Below are positions 44,478 through 54,996 of a DNA stretch of 64,000 bases, in pieces. The stretch spans positions 1-64,000 of the IMG/VR virus record IMGVR_UViG_3300033999_000083; one strand, given 5' to 3'. The notes under the pieces are model-generated. The model made no database searches. It had not been told where the DNA came from and was given only the letters and a program-made list of their open reading frames with translations. The translations under genes were made by a program, and so were the position numbers. The DNA is from a virus (taxonomy: Duplodnaviria > Caudoviricetes). The stretch's first letter is position 1. Each line of letters starts with the position of its first letter.

Positions 44478-45245
44478 ATGGAAATTAGTGCAGATGCATT
44501 GCTTAAAGGCAAAAGCACAATAATTAAAAATAGAGAATACTTACCTACTAGAGAATATGCAGAACCATTTTTTGAGAAACTTAGTAAAGTAACTGATAAC
44601 TTTATTATACAGGTTAAGGAAGCAGATCAAATGAGTCTTACAAAAGATTCTAAAGATGTGGTATATAATAGAGTATGGATACAAGCTGTATTACCAGATA
44701 AATATACTGTAGATAATCATGCAGAAACATATGGTTTAATATATGGCTTAGATGTTAGGAAACCTGTTGCAAAAATTTATAGAGGTGTATTAAATAAAGC
44801 GTGTTTAAACTTATGTGTATTTGATCCATCTTGGTTAAATATTCAAGAATTAAAACCAGATGAACCTATAAATTATAGTTCTTTAAAAGAGCTTGTTGAA
44901 AAGGAAAATAATATGCATAAAGTATTAGAGGGAATGAAAAATGAATATTTTGTCCGTGAGGATAAAAAGATTCAACTAGGAGAATGGGTAGATTTTACAA
45001 TAAGTCATTATGATGATAAGGGCTTTGATAAAATAAGAATACCTTCGTCTGTTCCTATTGAAGTATATAAAGATTTATATTTAGATTCGGATAGTAAGTA
45101 TTTTGTGCCTGGAGGAATTAATCCTAGTAAATTTCAAGTATATAATGCTTTTACCGACATTATCAGCCACGATAAAAAAGATATAGTTAACATAGCAGAT
45201 AAAACAATACTGTTATCAAAACTATTGAATGTATCAGTTAATTAA
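44478..45245 (+). CDS. hypothetical protein (possibly DUF932-like)
   Basis: ACLNL motif, F.VYNAFT; family assignment tentative. Confidence 0.6.
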   Translation: MEISADALLKGKSTIIKNREYLPTREYAEPFFEKLSKVTDNFIIQVKEADQMSLTKDSKDVVYNRVWIQAVLPDKYTVDNHAETYGLIYGLDVRKPVAKIYRGVLNKACLNLCVFDPSWLNIQELKPDEPINYSSLKELVEKENNMHKVLEGMKNEYFVREDKKIQLGEWVDFTISHYDDKGFDKIRIPSSVPIEVYKDLYLDSDSKYFVPGGINPSKFQVYNAFTDIISHDKKDIVNIADKTILLSKLLNVSVN

Positions 45246-45800
45246 AATTGTGTATGACGACGACTGTAAATTTATTCTAGACATTGTTAAAGACTATAAT
45301 GTAAAGAAGGAAATTTACAGTCTAAGTCATTACAAAGAAAAGAAAAAAGGAATTCCTATTCTTACAAAGAATGGAACTAAAAAAGTTCCACTAGTAGAAT
45401 TAGTGGGAGAAGATTCAGAAAAGGTTATCTGGAGTGAAAGTAACCCTGATTGGAAGAAAGAACTAGATTCATTACTAAAAGATGATAAATAATTAATTAT
45501 AAAATTTTAAAAATGGTAACACTATTTGATGAAAGAGATTTAGTATCATTTGGAGCTTATATGATTTCAGATACAAGAAGAAAATCTATAGAAGAAAATC
45601 CAGATATAAAAAGTCAAGAAGAGATGGATAAAGTATTAAAAATGGTTACTCAATTTGACTTTAATAACTGGCTGACTTTGAAATTAAGATCTGAACAAGA
45701 GGAAAAAGACACAACTTTAGATAATGAAATATCTGATGAAGATATTATAGATGAAGAAGATCATCCTAAAATTGTAAAACTTAATCCTAATAATAATTAA
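45229..45800 (+). CDS. two small proteins (45229-45492 glutaredoxin-fold-like without CxxC; 45513-45800)
   Basis: GTKKVPLV resembles the glutaredoxin cis-Pro loop; upstream of RNR. Confidence 0.55.
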
Positions 45801-48800
45801 TGGAAGATTATTTTAAACATGATGAACTAGCCTATGATGTTTGGAAAGACAAGTATAGACAAGAAGGAGAAAGTTTAGAACAATTTTTTGAAAGACTGGA
45901 AAAAGGGTTTGATAGATCTTTTAGTTATGATAGAAATCTATCAGAGTATGGAAAAAAGAGGCTAAACAATCCATATAGAGAAACCTTACATACTTTATTT
46001 AAAGATTTTAAATATATAATTCCTGGAGGCTCTGTACTATATGGAATAGGTACTGATAAGCCTGTAAGCCTTAGTAATTGCTATGTTCTTAGCACTGAAG
46101 ATTCTATATCAGAAATCTTTGATACAGCTAAATATATGGCTAATATCTATAAAAGAAGAGGAGGAGTTGGAGTAGACATTTCAGTTTTAAGACCTAAAGG
46201 CGCTTCTGTTAATAATGCTGCTAAAACTACTACTGGGATTATACCATTTATGGATTTATTTAGTAATGTAACCAATACAATTGGGCAGAGTGGAAGACGT
46301 AAAACAGATGAAACATTTTTTAATATTGAAAATATACAGAGTAAATATTATGGACGAACAATTTTTAATGGAATGCTTAGAGAAAGGACTAAGTACTAGA
46401 CAAATAGAAGCTCTTCCTGGAGTTAATATAAAGAGAAGTGCTATAAGTTATTGAATTCATAAATATGGTTTAGAAAATGATATGAAATATAAAAAACCTA
46501 TTTACAATGAAAATTACTTTAGTACTATTGACACTAAGGAAAAAGCTTATATTTTAGGATACACTTTAGCAGATGGGTATATTAGTAATTCTGATTTAGT
46601 TTATGGATGTGCTATTGCAGATAAAGAAATACTAGACTTTATAGCCTCAGAAATAGGAGGACAAGTAAGAACTTATACCAAGTTAAATAGAGAATCTAGA
46701 ACATTTCCTAATGCAAAATTGAGTATAGGTAATAGAAAAATAGTAGAAGATATAAATAGGTTATGTAATTCTAAAGAGAATAAAACATTTCCTAGAATAA
46801 GAAAAGATTTACAACCATATATGCTATTAGGTTTTTTTGATGGAGATGGATGTTTAACATTCGGACATAGAAAAGATCGTAATAGATTATGGTATAAAAT
46901 ATGTTTTACAGGTTCTTATAAACTATTATATGCTATACAAAAATTACTTGAAAAGAATAAAGTTGTATCAAGCCTTCACCCTAAAGGTGATGAAAATTGT
47001 TATGTCCTAGAAATGTCATCGAAAGATTCAGTATTAAGAATTTTAAAAGCCATGTATGGTAAAGAAGATTTAATTGTACTGAAAAGAAAATATAATAAAT
47101 ACAATGCGCTGCGTCTTGAATTGGGAGAATTCGGTGAAACTACTATAAATAGTACAATACCGAGCCGAGCTTCAGACCATTCTGAAGAAGGTGTAGAGAC
47201 TACTGGAGGGAAAGAGGATTCCCTTAATAACCAGCTAGAGAACCCAAGTCTTACTATTAAGTAAGATAAGATATAGTCCAAATAAAGGGGCGCATTAATG
47301 ATAACCCTAGATATCAGACATCCTGATTCTCCAGATTTTGCTATTTGTAAAAGGGATTTAACTAAAATAACTGGTGCTAATATATCTTTAAAAGTATCTA
47401 AAGATTTTATATATGCTGTAGAAGGTAATAAAGATTACCTATTAAGATGGCCTGTAGATATAAATATAGATGATATAGATTTAAGTAAATTAGAATATGA
47501 TAAACTATATGAAGTATCTACTAAGAGATATATCAAGAAAATAAAAGCTAAAGAATTATGGGATACTATAATAGAATCTAATTGGCAGTCGGCTGAACCA
47601 GGAATACTTTTCTGGGATAACATTGTAGATTATGATTTAGCTAGTGTATATCCAGAGTATAAACCTATATCAACAAATCCTTGCGGTAGATTTTGCTGCA
47701 AGTAAAAAAATTCGAGAATTGCTGGAAACTTGGGATAGTTATACAACTACAACAAAACTAGAAATGGTATTTGTGAATGTTTGAAAATAGTATAACGTTA
47801 AGTAATCAGCAGCCGAGCTCCTAAGTTATTTATAATATGGAGAAGGTTCACAGACTATGTACGAATCAAAATTAATTTATGAAAACATTTAAAGAAAGGG
47901 CAGAAGAATTAGCCCTATCATGTACAAGAGTTAAAAATAATAATGTTTATGAAACTCTTGCAAAAGAATTTGGAATATGTAAAAGGACAGCTGGAGATAG
48001 GTTTAAGAGCCTATTTGGAATGCCTGTTAGTGAGTTTATTTCTAATAATCTTATTCCTTCAGAAGAAAAGGTAATTGATTGTTTAGTTCAATCAGAAACT
48101 TATAAAGAGTTTTATGATTTAACTGGAATAAATGATAGTGTAAGATTAGCTAATACATTAAAAAAATATTTTGGTACATCAGATTACTATAAATTAAAAG
48201 TATTAGCTTTATCTAAAATACCAAGTAAGAAATATAATCCAACTCCTGAAGATAATGAAGCTATTTTAGTTTCTCAAATGTTAGGAGATGGTTCTATAGA
48301 AAGAGAAAATTCTTTTAAAATAGAACATGGTTATAAACAGTATGAATACTTAAAATTTAAGGTCTCATTATTTAATAAAGCTTACCCTCAAACAAATGGT
48401 TTAGAGAAAATAAGAAAGAGAATATCTAAAGATAATTATGAATCTTATGTTTATAGAACTGGAGAGGTTTTACATAAACAATTATCAAGATTACTACATT
48501 TATCTAAAAAAGATTTAGTAAGTAAATTAACACCTTTTGGAGTTATGCTTTATTTTCTGGATGATGGATATTTTTCTATAAGTAAGGGTAAATATATTAC
48601 TTGGGAATTAGGTTTTAGCACTATAAATACAGAGTTACAAGAAGCTTTGTTTGAGTACTTTAAAACGTATGGATATACTTTTAACATCACTCCTAAAGCT
48701 ATAATCTTACAAAGTAAACCCACTATAATTAAGTTCATAAAAGATTTCTTAGAACCTTTTAAAGATATTATTCCAAAAAGTATGTATTATAAATTTAATT

Positions 48801-50412
48801 TAGAAGATATAGTCGAAATGATTTAATTAAATTTAAATCATAGGAAATTCCACTTAGTGCTTTAGATTCTTGTCGCTTAATTGCAGTTAACTTATATAGT
48901 CTTGTTAAGTATCCTTTTACAAAAGAAGCTTATATAAATGAAGATCTAGCATATACCGTATTTTATGAAGCTCAGGTTATTGCAGATACTCTTGTTGATG
49001 TTGAATTAAAGCATATAAAAAGAATTATAGATCTTAATGATGAGCCTGAACTTTGGAAAAAAGTATATGCTGTAGGAAAAAATGGAAGACGAACAGGTAC
49101 AGGAATAACTGCATTAGGTGACATGTGTGCTGCACTAGGAGTTCCATATGGAGATCCTTCAGTAGTAGAAAGAATAATGCATATAAAATTGCAAGCAGAA
49201 TTAGATGCTTCTATTGATTTAGCAATTACTGATGGGCCTTTTCCAGTTTATAATGGGGCTCTAGAGTATTATTCAGGAGAATATGGACTAGAAGGCGGTA
49301 ACAAGTTGTATGAATTTCTTCTAAAAGAATATCCAGAACAAGTAAGTAAAATGGTGCTGTACGGTCGGAGGAACATTTCAATTAGTACTGTGGCTCCTAC
49401 GGGGTCTCTAAGTATATTAACAGGTACTACTTCTGGTTGTGAACCTGTATTTTCATTATACTACCAAAGAAGGAAGAAATGTAATCCTGGAGAAACTCCT
49501 GATTTTGTAGATCAAAATGGAGTAGGTTTTAAGACTTATATGGTTATTCATCCTAAGTTTAGAGAATGGTATAAAGTAAAATATGGTGAAGAATTAAAAG
49601 ATGAGTCAGTAGAAAATTTGGACAGATTATATAAAGAATCTCCATATTATCTACAAACTGCTAATGATTTAACACCAGAACAAAGAATAGATACGCAAGC
49701 TATTTTACAGAAATATACAACTCATAGTATCAGTTCTACAGTTAATTTACCTGAGAATATAGATAAAGAAACTGTTAATAAGTTGTATATATTAGGTTAT
49801 GAAAAAAACTTAAAAGGTTTAACAACTTATAGAGCTGGAAGTAGATCTGGTATTTTAATTAACATAGAAAGTAAAGATTCTACAAGACCTCCTGAATTAC
49901 CTTGTAAAGTATTAAGATTTAAAAATGAAAAAAAGGATTGGATAGCTTTTATAGGTATAAAAGATGGTAAACCATATGAAATATTCACAGGTATTAATGA
50001 CCTAGATGAATTTCCAATACCATCTTATATAGAAGAAGGTACTATTATAAAAATACCTTCTGAAGGAAAATCTAGATATGATTTTAGGTATGTTGACAAT
50101 TATGGATACTCTAATACATTAGGTGGATTAAATAGAATATTTAATAAAGAGTATTGGAATTATGCCAGGTTTGTATCTGCTTTACTAAGAGAAGGAGTAG
50201 CTTTAGAAAATATTATTCATATTATAGAGAAATTAGAATTTAATAATAAATCTCTAAATTCTTGGCAATATGGAGTTATTAGAGCTATAAAGTCTTTTAT
50301 TGAAGATGGAACAAAGACTGATGAGGTTTGTTCAGAATGCGGAGAAAAAGCTATAGTATATGAAAATGGATGTAAAATCTGCAAGAACTGTGGAAACAGT
50401 AAATGTGGTTAA
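45800..50412 (+). CDS. nrdJ: class II (B12-dependent) ribonucleotide reductase, spliced (exons 45800-46300, 47289-47687, 48844-50412; 822 aa)
   Basis: SLSNCY, RRGGVG; splicing restores GQSGRR|GALM and TNPCG|EIPL; TVAPTGS; C-terminal CxxC Zn ribbon; no beta subunit nearby. Confidence 0.92.
46301..47288 (+). mobile_element. group I intron 1 of nrdJ, ORF in L1, apparently no P9
   Basis: IGS AATGCGCT-GCGTCTT (47103-47117) pairs both exons; GAATTCGGTGAAAC, ATACCGAGCCGAG, GTAGAGACTA, AAGATATAGTCC. Confidence 0.9.
46350..47264 (+). CDS. HTH + LAGLIDADG homing endonuclease with in-frame TGA (Trp) at 46452
   Basis: MDEQFLMECLEKGLSTRQI...AISY(W)IHKYGL in frame with AYILGYTLADG and LLGFFDGDG. Confidence 0.85.
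47688..48843 (+). mobile_element. group I intron 2 of nrdJ, ORF between R and S (P8 region)
   Basis: P1 TGCGGT/GCTGCA; GAATTGCTGGAAA, AATCAGCAGCCGAG, GTTCACAGACTA, GAAGATATAGTC; P9 ATGATTTAA/TTAAATCAT; terminal G. Confidence 0.92.
47879..48826 (+). CDS. LAGLIDADG homing endonuclease
   Basis: ILVSQMLGDGS, H...QYEYL.FK, LTPFG....FLDDG. Confidence 0.85.
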   Translation: MKTFKERAEELALSCTRVKNNNVYETLAKEFGICKRTAGDRFKSLFGMPVSEFISNNLIPSEEKVIDCLVQSETYKEFYDLTGINDSVRLANTLKKYFGTSDYYKLKVLALSKIPSKKYNPTPEDNEAILVSQMLGDGSIERENSFKIEHGYKQYEYLKFKVSLFNKAYPQTNGLEKIRKRISKDNYESYVYRTGEVLHKQLSRLLHLSKKDLVSKLTPFGVMLYFLDDGYFSISKGKYITWELGFSTINTELQEALFEYFKTYGYTFNITPKAIILQSKPTIIKFIKDFLEPFKDIIPKSMYYKFNLEDIVEMI

Positions 50413-50749
50413 CAAAATAAAACAAAATTTAAGAGATTTTTACTTAATCTATTTTTCTAAAAAGATGTCTAAAGATGATGCTGTTAGATTAATAATAAAT
50501 AAAGAATTAAAGAGATACAAAGTTGATATAGATTATGTTAAAGATAATCCTACAATAGAAGGAGAAAGATGGTACGAATATTATACTTTTAACTCTGAAG
50601 AAGAATATGAAAAATGGGAGAAATTTTCTAAAAGAATACTTAGAAAAGTATTTCCTTATTCAGACAAAAAGTTCATAGATAATGAATTTAGCTATCTTAA
50701 TTTAGCCTATGGTTTAAGATGTAAATATGGTAATAAAAATAATAAATAA
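50360..50749 (+). CDS. hypothetical protein
   Basis: ORF; start probably downstream (MSKDDA). Confidence 0.55.
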   Translation: MKMDVKSARTVETVNVVNKIKQNLRDFYLIYFSKKMSKDDAVRLIINKELKRYKVDIDYVKDNPTIEGERWYEYYTFNSEEEYEKWEKFSKRILRKVFPYSDKKFIDNEFSYLNLAYGLRCKYGNKNNK

Positions 50750-51158
50750 ATCAAAAAATCCACTACCTAAATATGCACATGATGAAGATTCTGGATTGGA
50801 TCTATATGCTTCTTTAGATTTCGAAATTGTTATAAAACCTGGAGAAAGAGCCCTTATACCTACTGATATTTATGTAGCACTTCCTAAAGGTTTTGAGTTT
50901 CAGGTAAGAAGTAGATCAGGTTTAGCTTTAAAACATGGTATATTTGTATTAAATTCTCCAGGAACTATAGACTCTGGATACAGAAATTCTATAGGAGTTA
51001 TTTTATATAACTCTGGAAAGGAAGATTATATTGTTAGAAATGGAGATCGCATAGCACAGTTAGTACTACAAGAAGTACCCAAAGTAGTATGGAAAGAAGT
51101 TGATACTTTGGATAACACAGAAAGAGGTACAAAAGGTTATGGATCTAGTGGATATTAA
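50727..51158 (+). CDS. dut: dUTPase (trimeric)
   Basis: SGLDL, RSRSGLA, GTIDSGYR, GDRIAQL, RGTKGYGSSG. Confidence 0.97.
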   Translation: MVIKIINKSKNPLPKYAHDEDSGLDLYASLDFEIVIKPGERALIPTDIYVALPKGFEFQVRSRSGLALKHGIFVLNSPGTIDSGYRNSIGVILYNSGKEDYIVRNGDRIAQLVLQEVPKVVWKEVDTLDNTERGTKGYGSSGY

Positions 51159-51166
51159 TTATTAAA

Positions 51167-52333
51167 ATGGTAATATTAAAGGATATATATTTAGTTAGCA
51201 GAAATGCTAGAGACAAAGTTCAACAGGTAGAGGTTCAATTAATTCAAGATACTAAGTCTTTTATTATAAAGAGATTTACTGGGCAATATTTAGGTAAACA
51301 GACAGAGCAGCCAGACCTAATTATAACTAGTGGTAAAGTTAAAAGATCTTCTATAGAACAGGCTGAATTACAGTTTAACAGCATAATTAACAAGTATCTT
51401 GATAAAGGATATAAGAAAGTATCTGACCTTACTAAGACACCTTTTAATGAGATTAATGAATCTGAAATGAATAGACTTGTTCCATCAGTTAGTACAGATT
51501 CAGATGGATTCTTAAAACCGATGTTAGCTAAAGACTCTAATAAGTGTCAAACGTCTGTATTAAATAAGAGGATGTTATGTAGCAAAAAGTTAAATGGCAC
51601 CAGAGCTATGATTCAGAAGAGAGGTGATGAAATCTATGCAATCTCTAGAGGTGGTAAGGATTATAATATACCTACTACATTAATTAGAAATCAATTAAAA
51701 GATTTCTTTGATAAACATCCTACTGTAATATTGGATGGAGAATTATATAGACACGGACACCATTTACAAGAATTGAGTGGCATAGCTAGATTAAAAGAAT
51801 GGGATGATAGGTGTAACCTACTAGAATATTGGGTTTATGATATAGCTGATTCAGAAAAAACTTTTGAAGAAAGATTAGAACTTTTAAAAGAATATGAAAA
51901 AGAATTGATAGATGCTGATAAGATAAAGTTTCTTGAACATGTAGAAACTAACAGTTTTAGTGAAATTAAAAAACTTCATGATCAATGGGTTAAAGAAGGG
52001 TTTGAAGGATTAGTTGCTAGAAAACCTACTAGTACTTATCAATTCGGTAAAAGAGGTTCTGATATGATTAAAGTTAAAGAATATATGGAACAAGAATTTG
52101 AGATTGTAGATTATAAAGATGGTCTTAGAGATGAAGATTTTTGTTTCATATTACAAACTGAAGATGGTAAGTTATTTTCTGCTAAACCTATAGGAGATAG
52201 AGAACTTAAAAAACAATATCTTGAAAATATTGATAATATTATTGGTAAAAAAGGAACGGTAAAATTCTTTGAATGGTCTAAAGATGGAGTTCCTTTGCAA
52301 CCCATATTTCAAGTTGTAAGAGATTATGAATAA
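51167..52333 (+). CDS. ATP-dependent DNA ligase
   Basis: KPMLA, KLNGTR, LDGELY, YDI, EGLVAR, IKVK. Confidence 0.92.
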   Translation: MVILKDIYLVSRNARDKVQQVEVQLIQDTKSFIIKRFTGQYLGKQTEQPDLIITSGKVKRSSIEQAELQFNSIINKYLDKGYKKVSDLTKTPFNEINESEMNRLVPSVSTDSDGFLKPMLAKDSNKCQTSVLNKRMLCSKKLNGTRAMIQKRGDEIYAISRGGKDYNIPTTLIRNQLKDFFDKHPTVILDGELYRHGHHLQELSGIARLKEWDDRCNLLEYWVYDIADSEKTFEERLELLKEYEKELIDADKIKFLEHVETNSFSEIKKLHDQWVKEGFEGLVARKPTSTYQFGKRGSDMIKVKEYMEQEFEIVDYKDGLRDEDFCFILQTEDGKLFSAKPIGDRELKKQYLENIDNIIGKKGTVKFFEWSKDGVPLQPIFQVVRDYE

Positions 52334-52405
52334 TAAATATATGGTATAGAGGAGGTTATTATAGCTACTCTATACCTATATTTTAAAAGTAAACTATTAA
52401 TATTT

Positions 52406-52588
52406 ATGCAAGAAAATAAAAATTCTATTTATACTGGGTATAGCACCCTAAGTAATAAACTAAGAATAGAACCTTTTTATTCTGGAGAAAGTACAGCTGT
52501 AACTCAATATAAAGTTGTTGATGAATTTGGAAATATATGGTTTATAGGTGAAAGAAATGAATGTGAACAATTATTAAATACCAAGTGA
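52406..52588 (+). CDS. small hypothetical protein
   Basis: ORF overlapping the next gene. Confidence 0.5.
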   Translation: MQENKNSIYTGYSTLSNKLRIEPFYSGESTAVTQYKVVDEFGNIWFIGERNECEQLLNTK

Positions 52589-53319
52589 TGAAAATAAATA
52601 AGTTAAATATTATATTACTTATTGTTTTGGGTATAGTTATATTTATAACTATAATAAGAATAAATACTTATAAAAATAAATATGATAATCAGATAGAATT
52701 ATATAATGCAATAACTGATTCTTTAAAAGTATATAAAAACAAAGATTCTTTAAATGTAGCTAAAATTAGAGTAATGCAAACAGATAAAGAATCAGATTTT
52801 TTAAAAATTAAGAATCTTACAGGCACTAATTTAGAGCTGCAAAATCTTATTAAGAATAAAGATAAGAAAATTAAAGATTTAAATACTGCATTGATATTAA
52901 AAGATGAAACTGTTTTTATTGATACATTAAGGCAATTCTATCCTATAGGAGGAGATACAATTGTGTTTTCTCAATCTACTATATTAGATACTATATCTGA
53001 TAAATGGATAAATACAGTATTTGGATTTAGAAAGGGTTTTTCTTATTTGGATTTAAAAGTATATAATGAATATCAACTTACTATAGGGTATGAAGGAGGT
53101 AATATATTTAGACAGGGAACTCCTTATGGTATAGTAACTAACTTAAATCCTTATACTGTTACTAAAGATATGAAAGTATATCAAGTTAATATACCACAAA
53201 AGAAATTTGGGGTATCTCTACAATTAGGGGTTGGTAGTTTATATGATTTAAATACTAAGTTACTTGGGTATGGCCCATATGCAGGTATAGGATTTAATTA
53301 TAATTTTATGTTATGGTAA
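52585..53319 (+). CDS. membrane-anchored coiled-coil protein (possibly spanin-like)
   Basis: N-terminal TM, coiled coil, C-terminal beta-hairpin FGVSLQLGVG...PYAGIGFNY. Confidence 0.6.
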   Translation: MMKINKLNIILLIVLGIVIFITIIRINTYKNKYDNQIELYNAITDSLKVYKNKDSLNVAKIRVMQTDKESDFLKIKNLTGTNLELQNLIKNKDKKIKDLNTALILKDETVFIDTLRQFYPIGGDTIVFSQSTILDTISDKWINTVFGFRKGFSYLDLKVYNEYQLTIGYEGGNIFRQGTPYGIVTNLNPYTVTKDMKVYQVNIPQKKFGVSLQLGVGSLYDLNTKLLGYGPYAGIGFNYNFMLW

Positions 53320-54296
53320 ATATAGAATGGAATTCATATTTAGCTTGTGCTTATGCAGAAGGTTTCTGTGAGGGTGAAGATGCTACAATAGAAGAACAAA
53401 TGGAAGCTTGGGCTTATATAATTAAGAATAAGCTTTATAGAAATTTACAGGGATTCTATGGTAGAATTTCAAGTGAATTGATAAATAATGGATATATATC
53501 TATAGATGGAAAAATAAATTGGGATAAAGTATATAATAGTGAATAAATATGATGATGAAAAAAATAGAAATAAGTAAAGAGCTAGAGAATTTACTTGATA
53601 AAGCCAATCTATTAACTAATAGCTGTAGAAACGACATAACTATATTAGAACACATGGATAAAAGCTCAGGAGACTTTGAAAAAAGAATTAGTAGTTTAGA
53701 AAAGAAACTTAATGACTTAAATGCATTAGCTAATTTAATTAATGATATGGTTTATAAAGTTAAAAAACAATAGTCTATGGGATTTTATTTGGTATGGACT
53801 CCATATCTAGCTTGCACTTGTGTGGAAAGTGGTACCAAAGATGTAATGATACAATTGGATGCTTGGGCTTATATTATTAGAAACAAATTATATAACAAAA
53901 ACCGTGAAAAATGGTATAATGATATGGCAGAAGCATTTATTAGAACTGGTCTTATATCTGAAGATGGAGTTATAGACTTATATAAAATTAATGAAGCTTT
54001 AAATAATGAGTAAAATAAAGATTAAGGTTATTGAACCAGAGACTATAGAAGTATTCGGGCCAGATGGGTCTTCATATGGTAAATTGAATGAGTTAGAATT
54101 CTTAGATTTAAGATGCCAAATAAAGAAAAATAAACAATCTGGGTTTTATATATATTACAACGGAGAAAAAGTTAAGATAAGAAGAGATGGGTTAATGGAA
54201 AAATATGTTCCAATTTTTGTAGATAGTATATATAAATACAATTATCTATTAGATATACCTAATGAAAGTTTTAAAAATGATACTTTAAATGGATAA
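53313..54296 (+). CDS. four small hypothetical proteins (53313-53546, 53549-53773, 53777-54013, 54006-54296)
   Basis: 53313 and 53777 are paralogs (W..YLAC...E...Q..AWAYII.NKLY). Confidence 0.7.
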
Positions 54297-54555
54297 TATA
54301 GAAAGGTTTAAGAATATAACTGATTATATGATTAAATTGTACGAAGAGAAGAATAAGAACTATGGAAATAGTTTTGATAAAACTCTTGATGATGATGGAT
54401 TGATAGTAGCTAAAATAAGGTTATCAGATAAACTAAATAGATTCTCAAATATAATTAAAAATGGTATTGGAGAAACTGATGAGTCTATAACTGATACATT
54501 AATTGATTTAGCTAATTATGCTATTATGACTGTTATGTGGATAAATAAAAAATAA
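54289..54555 (+). CDS. nucleotide-modification-associated domain 1 (DUF1599-like) protein
   Basis: KN.NYGNSF...RL.DK..R...ES..DTL.DLANYAIM. Confidence 0.85.
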   Translation: MDNIERFKNITDYMIKLYEEKNKNYGNSFDKTLDDDGLIVAKIRLSDKLNRFSNIIKNGIGETDESITDTLIDLANYAIMTVMWINKK

Positions 54556-54561
54556 TAAACT

Positions 54562-54996
54562 ATGAGTTTAGATGTAACACTAAGAGATAATAAAAAATCT
54601 ACTAGACTAAGAACTGGTATATTTGTAAGAGAAGATGGAAAGAATAAGGAACTAACTTTAGAGGAAGCCAAACAAAGATATCCTGACAAAGATATAAATC
54701 TTTATGAAGTTGAAGATGATGTATTATATTCCGATAATATAACACATAATCTAACACATATGGCTAGAGAAGCTGGTTTATATGAAGCTTTATGGAATCC
54801 TAAAGTACACAGAGCTGGAGATTTAATAGAGCCTTTAAAAGAAGGATTACACTTATTAAAATTAGATCCAGAAAAGTATAAAAAATTTAATCCAGAAAAT
54901 GGATGGGGTAACTATGAAACTTTAGTAAATTTTGTACAAAGTTATCTAGATGCTTGTTATAAATATCCAGATTCTATTGTTGAAATTGATAAATAA
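54562..54996 (+). CDS. hypothetical protein
   Basis: NITHNL..MA, NPENGWG.Y motifs. Confidence 0.7.
   Translation: MSLDVTLRDNKKSTRLRTGIFVREDGKNKELTLEEAKQRYPDKDINLYEVEDDVLYSDNITHNLTHMAREAGLYEALWNPKVHRAGDLIEPLKEGLHLLKLDPEKYKKFNPENGWGNYETLVNFVQSYLDACYKYPDSIVEIDK

Noticed and set aside
19072-46399. TAG (amber) recoding suggested by TAG stops at 19072-19074 and 46397-46399
   Set aside because: Both lie inside group I introns, and the giant genes contain no in-frame TAG
26011-50412. Inteins in polA or nrdJ
   Set aside because: The insertions contain stops and group I core motifs, with no C/S...HN intein termini
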